Shown: positions 18,402 through 26,598 of the stretch, piece by piece | How the letters are laid out: each line of letters starts with the position of its first letter | How positions within the stretch are numbered: the first letter of the stretch is position 1 | From: an uncultured archaeon | Lineage (GTDB): Archaea; Thermoplasmatota; Penumbrarchaeia; JASLWR01 | Direction of reading: 5' to 3' | NCBI GenBank assembly: GCA_964430885.1 | Contig: CAYSHM010000013.1 | Location: 28,529 to 92,528, forward strand | Length of the DNA: 64,000 bases | Notes under the pieces: generated by a model | What the model saw: the letters and a program-made list of their open reading frames with translations, nothing else | What the model was told of the DNA's origin: nothing | Database searches by the model: none | Program-made: the position numbers and the translations under genes

Positions 18402-20561
18402 CTATTTTTCATCGAACAATCCCATCAGGGCAGTACCTGAGATCTTGGTGACGTATACCATGCGCCCGGTCTCCACGTCTATTGCTACTGAGAACATGTC
18501 GCCCTGCTCCCAGGCGCTTCCTTTCCAGAATATCCATCCGAATCTTGCCGAGGGCACCACGATACCGGTTATCTGCTGAAGTACCTGGGCCGCCGGAAGC
18601 TGGGATGATTCAACTCCTCTGGCTATAGTGATGCTTGAGTCTGATAGGTCTAAATCGCCGTTACGGTCAAAGAGCTCATCTCCTGCCATCTCATCTCCTG
18701 AGACTATGTCAACAGCCCCTGAAAGGGTAATGCCTTCGTCATCCATCTCCGATCTTTTCATCCTGGCCCATCCTTCAAGCTTTCCGTAGTCCTTGTCTAT
18801 CTCGTACACCGAGGAGTAGGGATTCAGGGGATTTATTGACTTGGTAATGTTCTTTGCCATCCTGGCGGAGTATATGTGTTCAGGCCATTGGAAATCCTCC
18901 ACTTCGTCCTTATCCTTTCCTTCGTTCTCCTTCTGCCATTCCCCGTAATCCTCATAATATGGCTCAAGTTCCTTCTCACTCATGTAATCCGAAAGAGTGA
19001 TGTTCCAGTAATGGCTGCCTGCGGTTTTCTGCGGGTCCAAGGCGGATAAAGTTGCATTGTAGGTTGCTTTTGTCACAAAAGAGGTCGGGAATTGCCTTGC
19101 AAAATCACCCATGGCTGAACTGTTTTCTACCATGTATTCTAGGGCAGTATCCGGTGCTATCTGAATGGACTGATCCGGATTTGTAGCTTCATCTAGATCG
19201 GCATTTTCGAACATGTAACCGCCTTTTGGTATCATATCCCAATCCTCGTATTCACCCTGAGGATGCCGCTCAAGGAATTCTCCAACAGAATTCTCCCAGG
19301 ATATGGGGCTTGAACCTCTGCTGTAGCCGCTTGTAAGTACCCTGTCCTGTTCAATTATGATCCAACCGGTATGGTTCTCGCTGTCCCAGCTTGTATTGGT
19401 ACGGAGGAATGTCCTGGTGGGATACGGTGTCTTGCTTGAAAGCCATATTGTCTGGGTATAATCAAGAAAACCCCAGTATTTTCTTGTAATGTTCACTCTG
19501 AGAGAAGGTATGCCCTCGACATTTTCCATATCTTCAGCGGACCAGTTGTAGAAACCCTGGTCGAGAGCTCCATCATAATTTCCCTGGTAATATACACTGC
19601 CGTTGTCTCCCACGGACAGGGCCCGGTCCTTGTAGATCTGGTCTTCTAGAGTAGGCAGGGTCTCTTCCTCGGGATCTGAATAGGTTCGGACATAACCTTC
19701 GTATTCAATTGGAACGGGCACAGTAGCTCTCGGAAGCTGGTCAACAGACATTGTCCCGCTGTTAACTGCCTTGATCTGTATTCCTCCGGCCAGTTCGGTG
19801 TATTCCGAGCGGTCGGCACTGAATGATCCGTCAACCGTGACCTTGCCGGAATCGGTGGTATCAACAATCACAGTTAGAGCTCCGTCCGCCACCATCCTCT
19901 CCTGTACACAGCTGTGGATCTTTCCATATCCCGACTCTGCATTCACCGGTCCGTAGACCTTGAAATCCCACTGACCGTCGCCGGTTATGGTGTACCTCTC
20001 ATATTCTCCGCTGCTCTTGTTCTCGGAATAGAGCTCTGCAAAAACCGTGAAATCATACCGGTAGTCATCACCTATGTGAAGAGGGGGTTGACGCACGGAT
20101 AATTCTTCATCTCCGGTATTGTTAATGGGTAGAAGAATGGATGTAAGGGTCAGCTTGACGGTTGTCCCGGATATTTCAGTGATAAGTACCTGTATGTCGT
20201 ATATGTCGTCCTTATCAGTATCCACATATTCGGGGATGTCCAGAGTAGCAGTAACCTCTACGGGATCGGACTCAATAATTAGAGTTACCTCATCGCCTTC
20301 TATATCGGTTATGGTAACCGAATGAGTAACCGCGCCTACGACCATTTCCTCGGTCTCGCCCAGTTTAATTCCCTCGGAGGTGGAATCCCCCTGCTGGATG
20401 GGATCATTATCTCCCGGCCCAGGACCTGGTTTATCGTCATCGTCGTCATCTTGAAGTTCCCCGTCCTTTTCCCAGACGTTTTCAAATAGGCCGAAATAGA
20501 CGACGTTGACCAATAGGCTAGCTATACAGATGATGATGATTAGTGTCTTTATCTTGCTCAT
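18402..20561 (-). CDS. N-terminally anchored acidic surface protein, tandem paralog 1
   Basis: N-terminal TM, poly-Asp linker, beta-rich domains, C-terminal IDVETG (PepSY-like) motif. Confidence 0.8.
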   Translation of the reverse strand: MSKIKTLIIIICIASLLVNVVYFGLFENVWEKDGELQDDDDDDKPGPGPGDNDPIQQGDSTSEGIKLGETEEMVVGAVTHSVTITDIEGDEVTLIIESDPVEVTATLDIPEYVDTDKDDIYDIQVLITEISGTTVKLTLTSILLPINNTGDEELSVRQPPLHIGDDYRYDFTVFAELYSENKSSGEYERYTITGDGQWDFKVYGPVNAESGYGKIHSCVQERMVADGALTVIVDTTDSGKVTVDGSFSADRSEYTELAGGIQIKAVNSGTMSVDQLPRATVPVPIEYEGYVRTYSDPEEETLPTLEDQIYKDRALSVGDNGSVYYQGNYDGALDQGFYNWSAEDMENVEGIPSLRVNITRKYWGFLDYTQTIWLSSKTPYPTRTFLRTNTSWDSENHTGWIIIEQDRVLTSGYSRGSSPISWENSVGEFLERHPQGEYEDWDMIPKGGYMFENADLDEATNPDQSIQIAPDTALEYMVENSSAMGDFARQFPTSFVTKATYNATLSALDPQKTAGSHYWNITLSDYMSEKELEPYYEDYGEWQKENEGKDKDEVEDFQWPEHIYSARMAKNITKSINPLNPYSSVYEIDKDYGKLEGWARMKRSEMDDEGITLSGAVDIVSGDEMAGDELFDRNGDLDLSDSSITIARGVESSQLPAAQVLQQITGIVVPSARFGWIFWKGSAWEQGDMFSVAIDVETGRMVYVTKISGTALMGLFDEK

Positions 20562-20625
20562 GAGAAAACCCTATTCCTTTCCGATTTTATACTGAATACA
20601 ATTTTTTAATGTATCTATCTGGTAA

Positions 20626-22791
20626 TTATTCGTCGAACATACCCATAAGAGCAGTTCCGGATATTTTTGTTATATACACCATGCGCCCTGTCTCAACATC
20701 TACCGCCGCCGAGAACATATCGCCCTGTTCCCAGGCGCTGCCTTTCCAGAATATCCATCCGTAATTGGCAGACGGCATAACAATACCCGTAATCTGCTGA
20801 AGGACCTGAGCAGCGGGAAGCTGAGATGATGTTGCTCCTTTTGCGACCACAATACCCAGATCGTTCATGTCCAGATCACCGCTTCTGTCAAAGAGTTCGG
20901 TACTAGCCATATCATCACCCGCAACAATATCCACCGCACCTGAGAGTGTGCATCCTTCATCATCCAACTCGGAGCGTTTGATCCAGGACCAGCCTTCTTC
21001 ACGGGTATAATCCTTGTCTATCTCTATCTCAGCAGAGTAAGGATCAAGAGGATTGATGGATTTGGTGATGTTCTTGGCCACCCTTGCAGCATAGAGATGC
21101 TCGGGCCAATGAAACCGTTCTTCTTCCGGAATGTCCTCCCACTCCTCTCCCTCATGCTCTTCTTCCCATTCTTCATAATCTTCGAATATGGGCTCCAATT
21201 CGTCCCAGCTCATATAATCTGCAAGTGTTATATTCCAGTAATGGCTTCCTGCATTGTTCTGAGGGTCCAGATTTGAAAGGTTGGCCCAATAAGTTGCTTC
21301 CGTTACCAGGGTATTGGAGAACTCATCGGTGAATTCACCCATGCCGGTACTGTTCCTAATCATAAAATCCAAGGCATCTTCCGGCGACATATGCACTGCA
21401 AACTCAGTGTTTATTGGATCTTCCAATTCAGTATTATCGAATTTATAGCCTCCCTTTGGTATCTTATCCCACTTGAGGAATTCACCATCGGGATGTGTAT
21501 CTTGGAAGGTAGCTTCAGTATCTTCCCAGGGTATTGGGTCAGATCCCCTGCTGTAACCGCTTGTCAGGGTTCGGTCCTGTTCTATTATTATCCAGCCCTT
21601 TTCATTTTCCTCATCCCAGGTAGTGTTGGTTCGCAGAAAAGTTCTGGTAGGGTAGGGTGTCTTGCTAGATATCCATACCGTCTGGATAAAATCCAGAAAT
21701 CCCCAGTACTGACGGGTGATGTTGATCTTCAGGGACGGGATTCCCGCAATATTTTCCATTTGCTCAGCTGTCCAGTTATAATATCCCTGGGAGACCGCTT
21801 CCTCGTAAGGACCCTCGTAGTATACACTTCCCTCATCTCCCACCGTAATATCCTTGTCCTCATATATCTGATCCTCAAGGGTTGGCTGGACCTCTTCAGT
21901 GGGATCGGGATATGTTCGGACATAACCTTCATACTGTATAGGTACAGGAACTGTAGCTCTGGGAAGCTGGTCGATGGCCATCTCACCCTGGTTCACGGCC
22001 TTTATTAAAGTCCGGCTTTTCAGTTCAGAATATTCCGATCTGTCCGCACTGAAGGAACCGTCAACAGAGACCTTGCCGGTATCGGGTGTGTCCACTACAA
22101 CAGTGAGGGCCCCGTCAGCGACCATCCTTTCCTGTACACAGCTGTGGATCTCTCCATAACCCGACTCTGCATCCACCGGGCCGTATACCTTGAAATCCCA
22201 CTGTCCGTTGCCGGTGATGGTGTAGCGTTCGTATTCACCGCTTGTCTTATTCTCTGCATAAAGCTCGGCGAAAACAGAGAAATCGTATCTGAAATCATCT
22301 CCCATATGAAGTGACGGTTGACGTACCGATATAACTTCGTTCCCCGTATTGTTGATGGGAACTAGGATGGATGTCAGCGTCAATTTCACCGTTGTTCCGG
22401 AAATATCTGTTACAAGTACCTGTATATCATAAATTTCATCTTTATCGGTGTCCACGTACTCCGGGATATCCAAAGTGGCAGTAACCTCCACTGGGTCGGA
22501 TTCAATTATAAGGGTGACCGTATCACCATCTATACCGGTTACGGTAACCGAATGGGTCACGGCACCAACCACCATTTCCTCCGTCTCACCCACTTTGATG
22601 CCTTCTGAGGTGGACTCTCCCTGCTGGATCGGATCGTTATTGCTAGGCCCTGAACCCGGTTTCTCATCATCATCATCATTATTCAGCTCTTCTTCCTTTT
22701 CCCACACGTTATCAAAGATACCGAAATAGACGACGTTGATTAGAAGACTAGCGATACAGATTATTATTAGCAAAGTTTTGATCTTGCTCAT
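20626..22791 (-). CDS. N-terminally anchored acidic surface protein, tandem paralog 2
   Basis: Colinear and highly similar to 18402-20561 over its full length. Confidence 0.8.
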   Translation of the reverse strand: MSKIKTLLIIICIASLLINVVYFGIFDNVWEKEEELNNDDDDEKPGSGPSNNDPIQQGESTSEGIKVGETEEMVVGAVTHSVTVTGIDGDTVTLIIESDPVEVTATLDIPEYVDTDKDEIYDIQVLVTDISGTTVKLTLTSILVPINNTGNEVISVRQPSLHMGDDFRYDFSVFAELYAENKTSGEYERYTITGNGQWDFKVYGPVDAESGYGEIHSCVQERMVADGALTVVVDTPDTGKVSVDGSFSADRSEYSELKSRTLIKAVNQGEMAIDQLPRATVPVPIQYEGYVRTYPDPTEEVQPTLEDQIYEDKDITVGDEGSVYYEGPYEEAVSQGYYNWTAEQMENIAGIPSLKINITRQYWGFLDFIQTVWISSKTPYPTRTFLRTNTTWDEENEKGWIIIEQDRTLTSGYSRGSDPIPWEDTEATFQDTHPDGEFLKWDKIPKGGYKFDNTELEDPINTEFAVHMSPEDALDFMIRNSTGMGEFTDEFSNTLVTEATYWANLSNLDPQNNAGSHYWNITLADYMSWDELEPIFEDYEEWEEEHEGEEWEDIPEEERFHWPEHLYAARVAKNITKSINPLDPYSAEIEIDKDYTREEGWSWIKRSELDDEGCTLSGAVDIVAGDDMASTELFDRSGDLDMNDLGIVVAKGATSSQLPAAQVLQQITGIVMPSANYGWIFWKGSAWEQGDMFSAAVDVETGRMVYITKISGTALMGMFDE

Positions 22792-22846
22792 TGAATTTTC
22801 CCCTTCGGATTGATGGCTGTAAATTTAGGTTTTTCCAATTGTGAGG

Positions 22847-22871
22847 TATCTCTAATATAATATTAGAAATA
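22847..22871. promoter_or_regulatory. Inverted repeat, candidate operator upstream of the paralog/XRE/ABC gene run
   Basis: TCTAATA-taa-TATTAGA (22851-22867), extendable with one mismatch, next to a minus-strand TTATATAT TATA-like box. Confidence 0.4.
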
Positions 22872-22934
22872 TATAACATTGGGAATATATAAAGGAGTTG
22901 TACCTGATTATCCAATGCGATAAATATATCTCAG

Positions 22935-23150
22935 CTACCAAATGATCCCTATAGCCGCCAAGATCCCGAGAACAATAATGACTGCCCCCAAGACCGTATA
23001 AAATCGATGCACATTTTTTCCCCAAAGCTTTTTAGACCTGTAGATCAACAATTTATAGACAATAAAATCGGTTTCTAAAAGGCTGCATACTAGCATGAAC
23101 AGCCCGATAGCAGATATCAAAATTCCCCAAAGCGGATCCATATTTATCAC
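22935..23150 (-). CDS. Small two-TM membrane protein (possibly Imm17-like)
   Basis: Two hydrophobic helices flanking a basic loop RSKKLWGKNVHRFY. Confidence 0.55.
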   Translation of the reverse strand: MINMDPLWGILISAIGLFMLVCSLLETDFIVYKLLIYRSKKLWGKNVHRFYTVLGAVIIVLGILAAIGIIW

Positions 23151-23160
23151 ATCTTCAAAA

Positions 23161-23484
23161 TCATTTCTTCCTCTTCATTCTGACAGCGGTCCCGAAGGCT
23201 ATAAGCTCAGCCGCACCAGGCTTGGTTTGGGCTGTTGTGTACCGCATCCCGATAACTGCATTGGCTTTCAATTTTTTCGCCTGTCTGAGCATTCGCTCCA
23301 TTGAGGTCCGGCGTGCCTCCTCCATCATTTCAGTGTAACCCTTAGCTTCGCCGCCTACCAAGGATCGCAATCCTGCTCCTATGTCCTTACCTAAATGCTT
23401 TGTCTGGACGCAGCTTCCGAAGACCACGCCCAGCACATCCGTGACCTTGTGGCCAGGTACACTTTCAGTTGTTGTCACTAACAT
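23161..23484 (-). CDS. YbjQ/UPF0145 family protein
   Basis: MLVTTTESVPG, GKDIGAGLRSLVGGE..GYTEMM.EAR, ANAVIG.R, A.GTAV. Confidence 0.92.
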   Translation of the reverse strand: MLVTTTESVPGHKVTDVLGVVFGSCVQTKHLGKDIGAGLRSLVGGEAKGYTEMMEEARRTSMERMLRQAKKLKANAVIGMRYTTAQTKPGAAELIAFGTAVRMKRKK

Positions 23485-23539
23485 ATTTTGTTCCTCCTTT
23501 GGTGTAATGTTTATATATCAGGTAAAATCAATTATTGGT

Positions 23540-24055
23540 TCAATATGTCTTCCCGCATCTGGTACATCTGTAATCAACGCCGTCTAGGAACTTTATCTCA
23601 TCATAACCGCATTTTGGGCAGTTTCCGTAATTTTCCGGTTTTTCCCTATCCCTATTCTCGATTTCCATCTTGAACTTCTCTTTTTCAACATTGAACAGCT
23701 GTATGCAAATACCAAGGGTAAGAAGGGAAATTACTATAGTGGGTATGTCAAGGTAGAGCGGGTTAACAGAGATTTTTGTGGAGATTAGATAATCTTTTTC
23801 CAGAAAATACATCAGAGATATCTCTACAAGAGCCAGAATAATATTGGCTATGGCAAGCCAGATGCCGATCCTTGGTCCCTTGTAATCCGATTTCCATATG
23901 CTGTAGGCTGCACCGAATCCGAGTATTCCGATGATGTATCCAATAGAAAAAGTTATGCCCTGGAATAAAATGAGTCTAATAACTACTGACAGAATGCCAA
24001 TAACAACAAATAGACCTGTGCCGATTATTCTTAATCCCATGTTATCATTTCTCAT
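23540..24055 (-). CDS. Four-TM membrane protein with C-terminal Zn ribbon
   Basis: Four hydrophobic segments; GNCPKCG...YRCTRCG. Confidence 0.75.
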   Translation of the reverse strand: MRNDNMGLRIIGTGLFVVIGILSVVIRLILFQGITFSIGYIIGILGFGAAYSIWKSDYKGPRIGIWLAIANIILALVEISLMYFLEKDYLISTKISVNPLYLDIPTIVISLLTLGICIQLFNVEKEKFKMEIENRDREKPENYGNCPKCGYDEIKFLDGVDYRCTRCGKTY

Positions 24056-24104
24056 ATTCCATCACCCCCATGTTCTGCCTTTTTAACATCCTGACTTCCC
24101 TGAT

Positions 24105-24320
24105 CTAATATTCATGGCCGCATTTGGTACATTTGTAAACAACACCATCAACGAATTTCAGCTTGTCGTTCCCGCATTTTGGGCAGTTACCCAGTTCCCT
24201 CTCGTATATCCTACGTAAACGCCGCAGTTCTTTCTCCGCAAGCTGGGAAAGGTTGATCCACTGATTTTCCTTCCACCATTTCCAGATATCCTTACCCAGA
24301 GTGATATTTACTTTTGGCAT
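24105..24320 (-). CDS. Small RHH/CcdA-like protein with C-terminal Zn ribbon
   Basis: MPKVNITL..D.W....INLSQLAE resembles RHH antitoxin N-termini; GNCPKCG...YKCTKCG. Confidence 0.6.
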   Translation of the reverse strand: MPKVNITLGKDIWKWWKENQWINLSQLAEKELRRLRRIYERELGNCPKCGNDKLKFVDGVVYKCTKCGHEY

Positions 24321-24344
24321 AGATTCACATATCTCAATTGTATT

Positions 24345-24845
24345 TTACGGATGAAACCAGTAAATATATCCGCACATAGAACAAACGTAATTTTGTGCAT
24401 TTTTGTTCGTCCAATCCCAATCCAAAAATGTTAAACCCCTGGTATTCAAAAGGGTCTTACGGCTCCAGAATTGATCGTATCTGCAAACGGGACAGGTCAA
24501 TTTGTTCCCTTGAATGACAACTTCGCTTGCTTCCCGTTTCTCTTTTTTCACTTTTTTTGTTTTGAGAATGACAGGGTCGCCATCGCGGATCTTCAGCAGC
24601 TCCATGTCCTCCTCCCGGATGCAGGCATACCCTTTACGAATATAACTGTCGTATACCAGCTGGACAAATATTCCCTTTCTTTCATCTCCGGCATTACATA
24701 ATTCAATGGCATTATCTTTTTCAAGACCAGCGTCCTCCCAATCATCTATATGTATCCTCACAACGCCCGGTTGTCCTTTTATTTTGCTGGTCTTGGCTCT
24801 CAGTTCCATTTTGTTCACCTCAATTTCTTCCTTCGCTATGATCAT
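24345..24845 (-). CDS. Double-psi-barrel-like domain fused to a Zn-ribbon nucleic-acid-binding domain
   Basis: VRIHIDDWEDAGL / IREEDMELLKIRDGDPV repeats; CPVC....LNTRGLTF.DWDW.N...C..CGY..WF. Confidence 0.6.
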   Translation of the reverse strand: MIIAKEEIEVNKMELRAKTSKIKGQPGVVRIHIDDWEDAGLEKDNAIELCNAGDERKGIFVQLVYDSYIRKGYACIREEDMELLKIRDGDPVILKTKKVKKEKREASEVVIQGNKLTCPVCRYDQFWSRKTLLNTRGLTFLDWDWTNKNAQNYVCSMCGYIYWFHP

Positions 24846-24877
24846 TTCTCTAATGGTTTTATTTTACCGCCCTCATT

Positions 24878-25201
24878 TCAATTCGAATCTGCGATTTTAT
24901 TGAGTTCCGACTGAACAAAGGCTAGCATTACAATATCGAGAAGGAAAAATAAGATGAACCAAAACCATTTTTTATTATCTTTCTTAACATGATCAGCAAA
25001 GCCTTCAGAATATTTATATTTCCAAAAAATGTTAACAAAAGGAATTATTATCAGCCAGCCTGTTGGTATTTTTGCTCCCAGACGGTTCATCTCATTTTTA
25101 GTTTAAACTGACCAATAGATTCCATAGATACCAAAGGTGGTTAATGCAAATAGATACACCAATATAATATTTCTTTTTTTAACCATTTTTTTATGTTCCA
25201 T
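24878..25201 (-). pseudogene. DUF4234-like membrane protein interrupted by an in-frame TAA
   Basis: Frame reads MEHKKMVKKRNIILVYLFALTTFGIYGIYWSV*TKNEMNRLGAKIPTGWL...; TAA at 25103-25105. Confidence 0.7.
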
Positions 25202-25441
25202 ATTAAGTTCCTCTGTAGATATTTCTTAGTGGTGCAATTATCGAAAGTTTCTTTCACCCATTTTTCACCTGACCTGGCCGTTTTGGTCCCGACAGGTGCG
25301 GACAAAAATTCTAAAAATCTTTACGCCTTAAGGAGTATATAGGAGTATGATTTTAATAAATATATCGGTCAAAAGGAAAGATAAAATTCAAAATTTGTCC
25401 TGAAAAAAGCCTTGATGTGATGAATACACATCGAGAAGGTC

Positions 25442-26551
25442 CTAGAGCCGCGATCGGATCCATTCCCTGTGCTCCCAGAGAGCGCATCCCCCGGAGGTCT
25501 CGTCCAGCCGCTCCCGGTTCTCCCTTATCACCCTGAGAAGGTCGGATCTCAATGCTTCTTTCAGGGAGTATTCCCGCAGGTTCCGGTCTGAATACGGCGC
25601 AAAAGGGCAGGCCTCCACGTCGCCTCCCGGACCTATATGGACAAATCCCCGTCCAGATGAGAGGCAGCCTCCGAACTTCTCTTCGTCTCCTGGGAAGGAT
25701 ATGAACAGCGCAGGTATCTCCCTTTCAAGAACCTTCAATCTTTCCGCAAGCATCTGCCTTTCACCGTCATCGATCTCCAGCTCCTCGGTCCCCTCTTCCA
25801 CCGGTATATACTCCACAAAGAAGAACAGCCTGCACCCGGTCTTGTGAAGACCAGTAATGAAATCCTTTCTGGTGAGGAGGTCAAGGTTCTCACTGGTCAC
25901 TGTGAAAGATACACCGAACATACTGCCCCTTTTCTCCATCTTCTGAAATAGCTCGGTCATTCTATTGTAGACACCCTCTCCCCGCCGGTCATCGGTAATT
26001 GAACGGGGGCCTTCGATACTGACAGTTGGCAGGACATTATGGCTCCTCGATATTCTGTCAAGTTTTCTATCCGACAGCAGAAGGCCGTTGGTGAATACAG
26101 GGAAAAGTATCGAGGGGTGTTTTTCAATAAGCGGAATAAGGTCGTCCCGCATGAAGGGCTCGCCTCCGGCCATAAGTATTACGGAAATGCCAAGTTCTTC
26201 GGCCTCTATGAGAAGTCCATCCAGCATTTCAGAATCCATCTCCTTTCCGTCCTTTCTGCCCTGGGCCTTGGAATAGCATCCCTTGCAGTTGAGATTGCAT
26301 CTCTGAGTAACGGAGGCGATCATGAAGGCAGGAACATGAAGACCCTTTTGCCTCCATTCCTTCCTTCTTCTGCCTGCATTACGCTGGTCATTGAATATTT
26401 TCAGCAGCCGGTAGGCATGGCGGGTATCCCCGAGAGCAATCCTCATGGCGTCCTTGAAGAACAGGAGCATTGAGCTGTTAAAGAGGTTCATGTATTCTTC
26501 TTCTGTCAGGTTTTCCTGGTTCATTGCGTCACCTTGAATATTTTTCATCAT
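25442..26551 (-). CDS. Radical SAM/SPASM-twitch domain protein
   Basis: CNLNCKGC, GGEPF, FTNG, GGCLSSGRGF.HI...GDVEACPF. Confidence 0.92.
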   Translation of the reverse strand: MMKNIQGDAMNQENLTEEEYMNLFNSSMLLFFKDAMRIALGDTRHAYRLLKIFNDQRNAGRRRKEWRQKGLHVPAFMIASVTQRCNLNCKGCYSKAQGRKDGKEMDSEMLDGLLIEAEELGISVILMAGGEPFMRDDLIPLIEKHPSILFPVFTNGLLLSDRKLDRISRSHNVLPTVSIEGPRSITDDRRGEGVYNRMTELFQKMEKRGSMFGVSFTVTSENLDLLTRKDFITGLHKTGCRLFFFVEYIPVEEGTEELEIDDGERQMLAERLKVLEREIPALFISFPGDEEKFGGCLSSGRGFVHIGPGGDVEACPFAPYSDRNLREYSLKEALRSDLLRVIRENRERLDETSGGCALWEHREWIRSRL

Positions 26552-26598
26552 TGTTATATTATTTGTTCAACATGGAGTCGTTTCTTTACAATTCATTC

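Noticed and set aside
25103-25105. Stop-codon recoding (Sec/Pyl or alternative code)
   Set aside because: The codon is TAA, which is used as a normal stop elsewhere in the window; no TGA/TAG readthrough candidates were noticed
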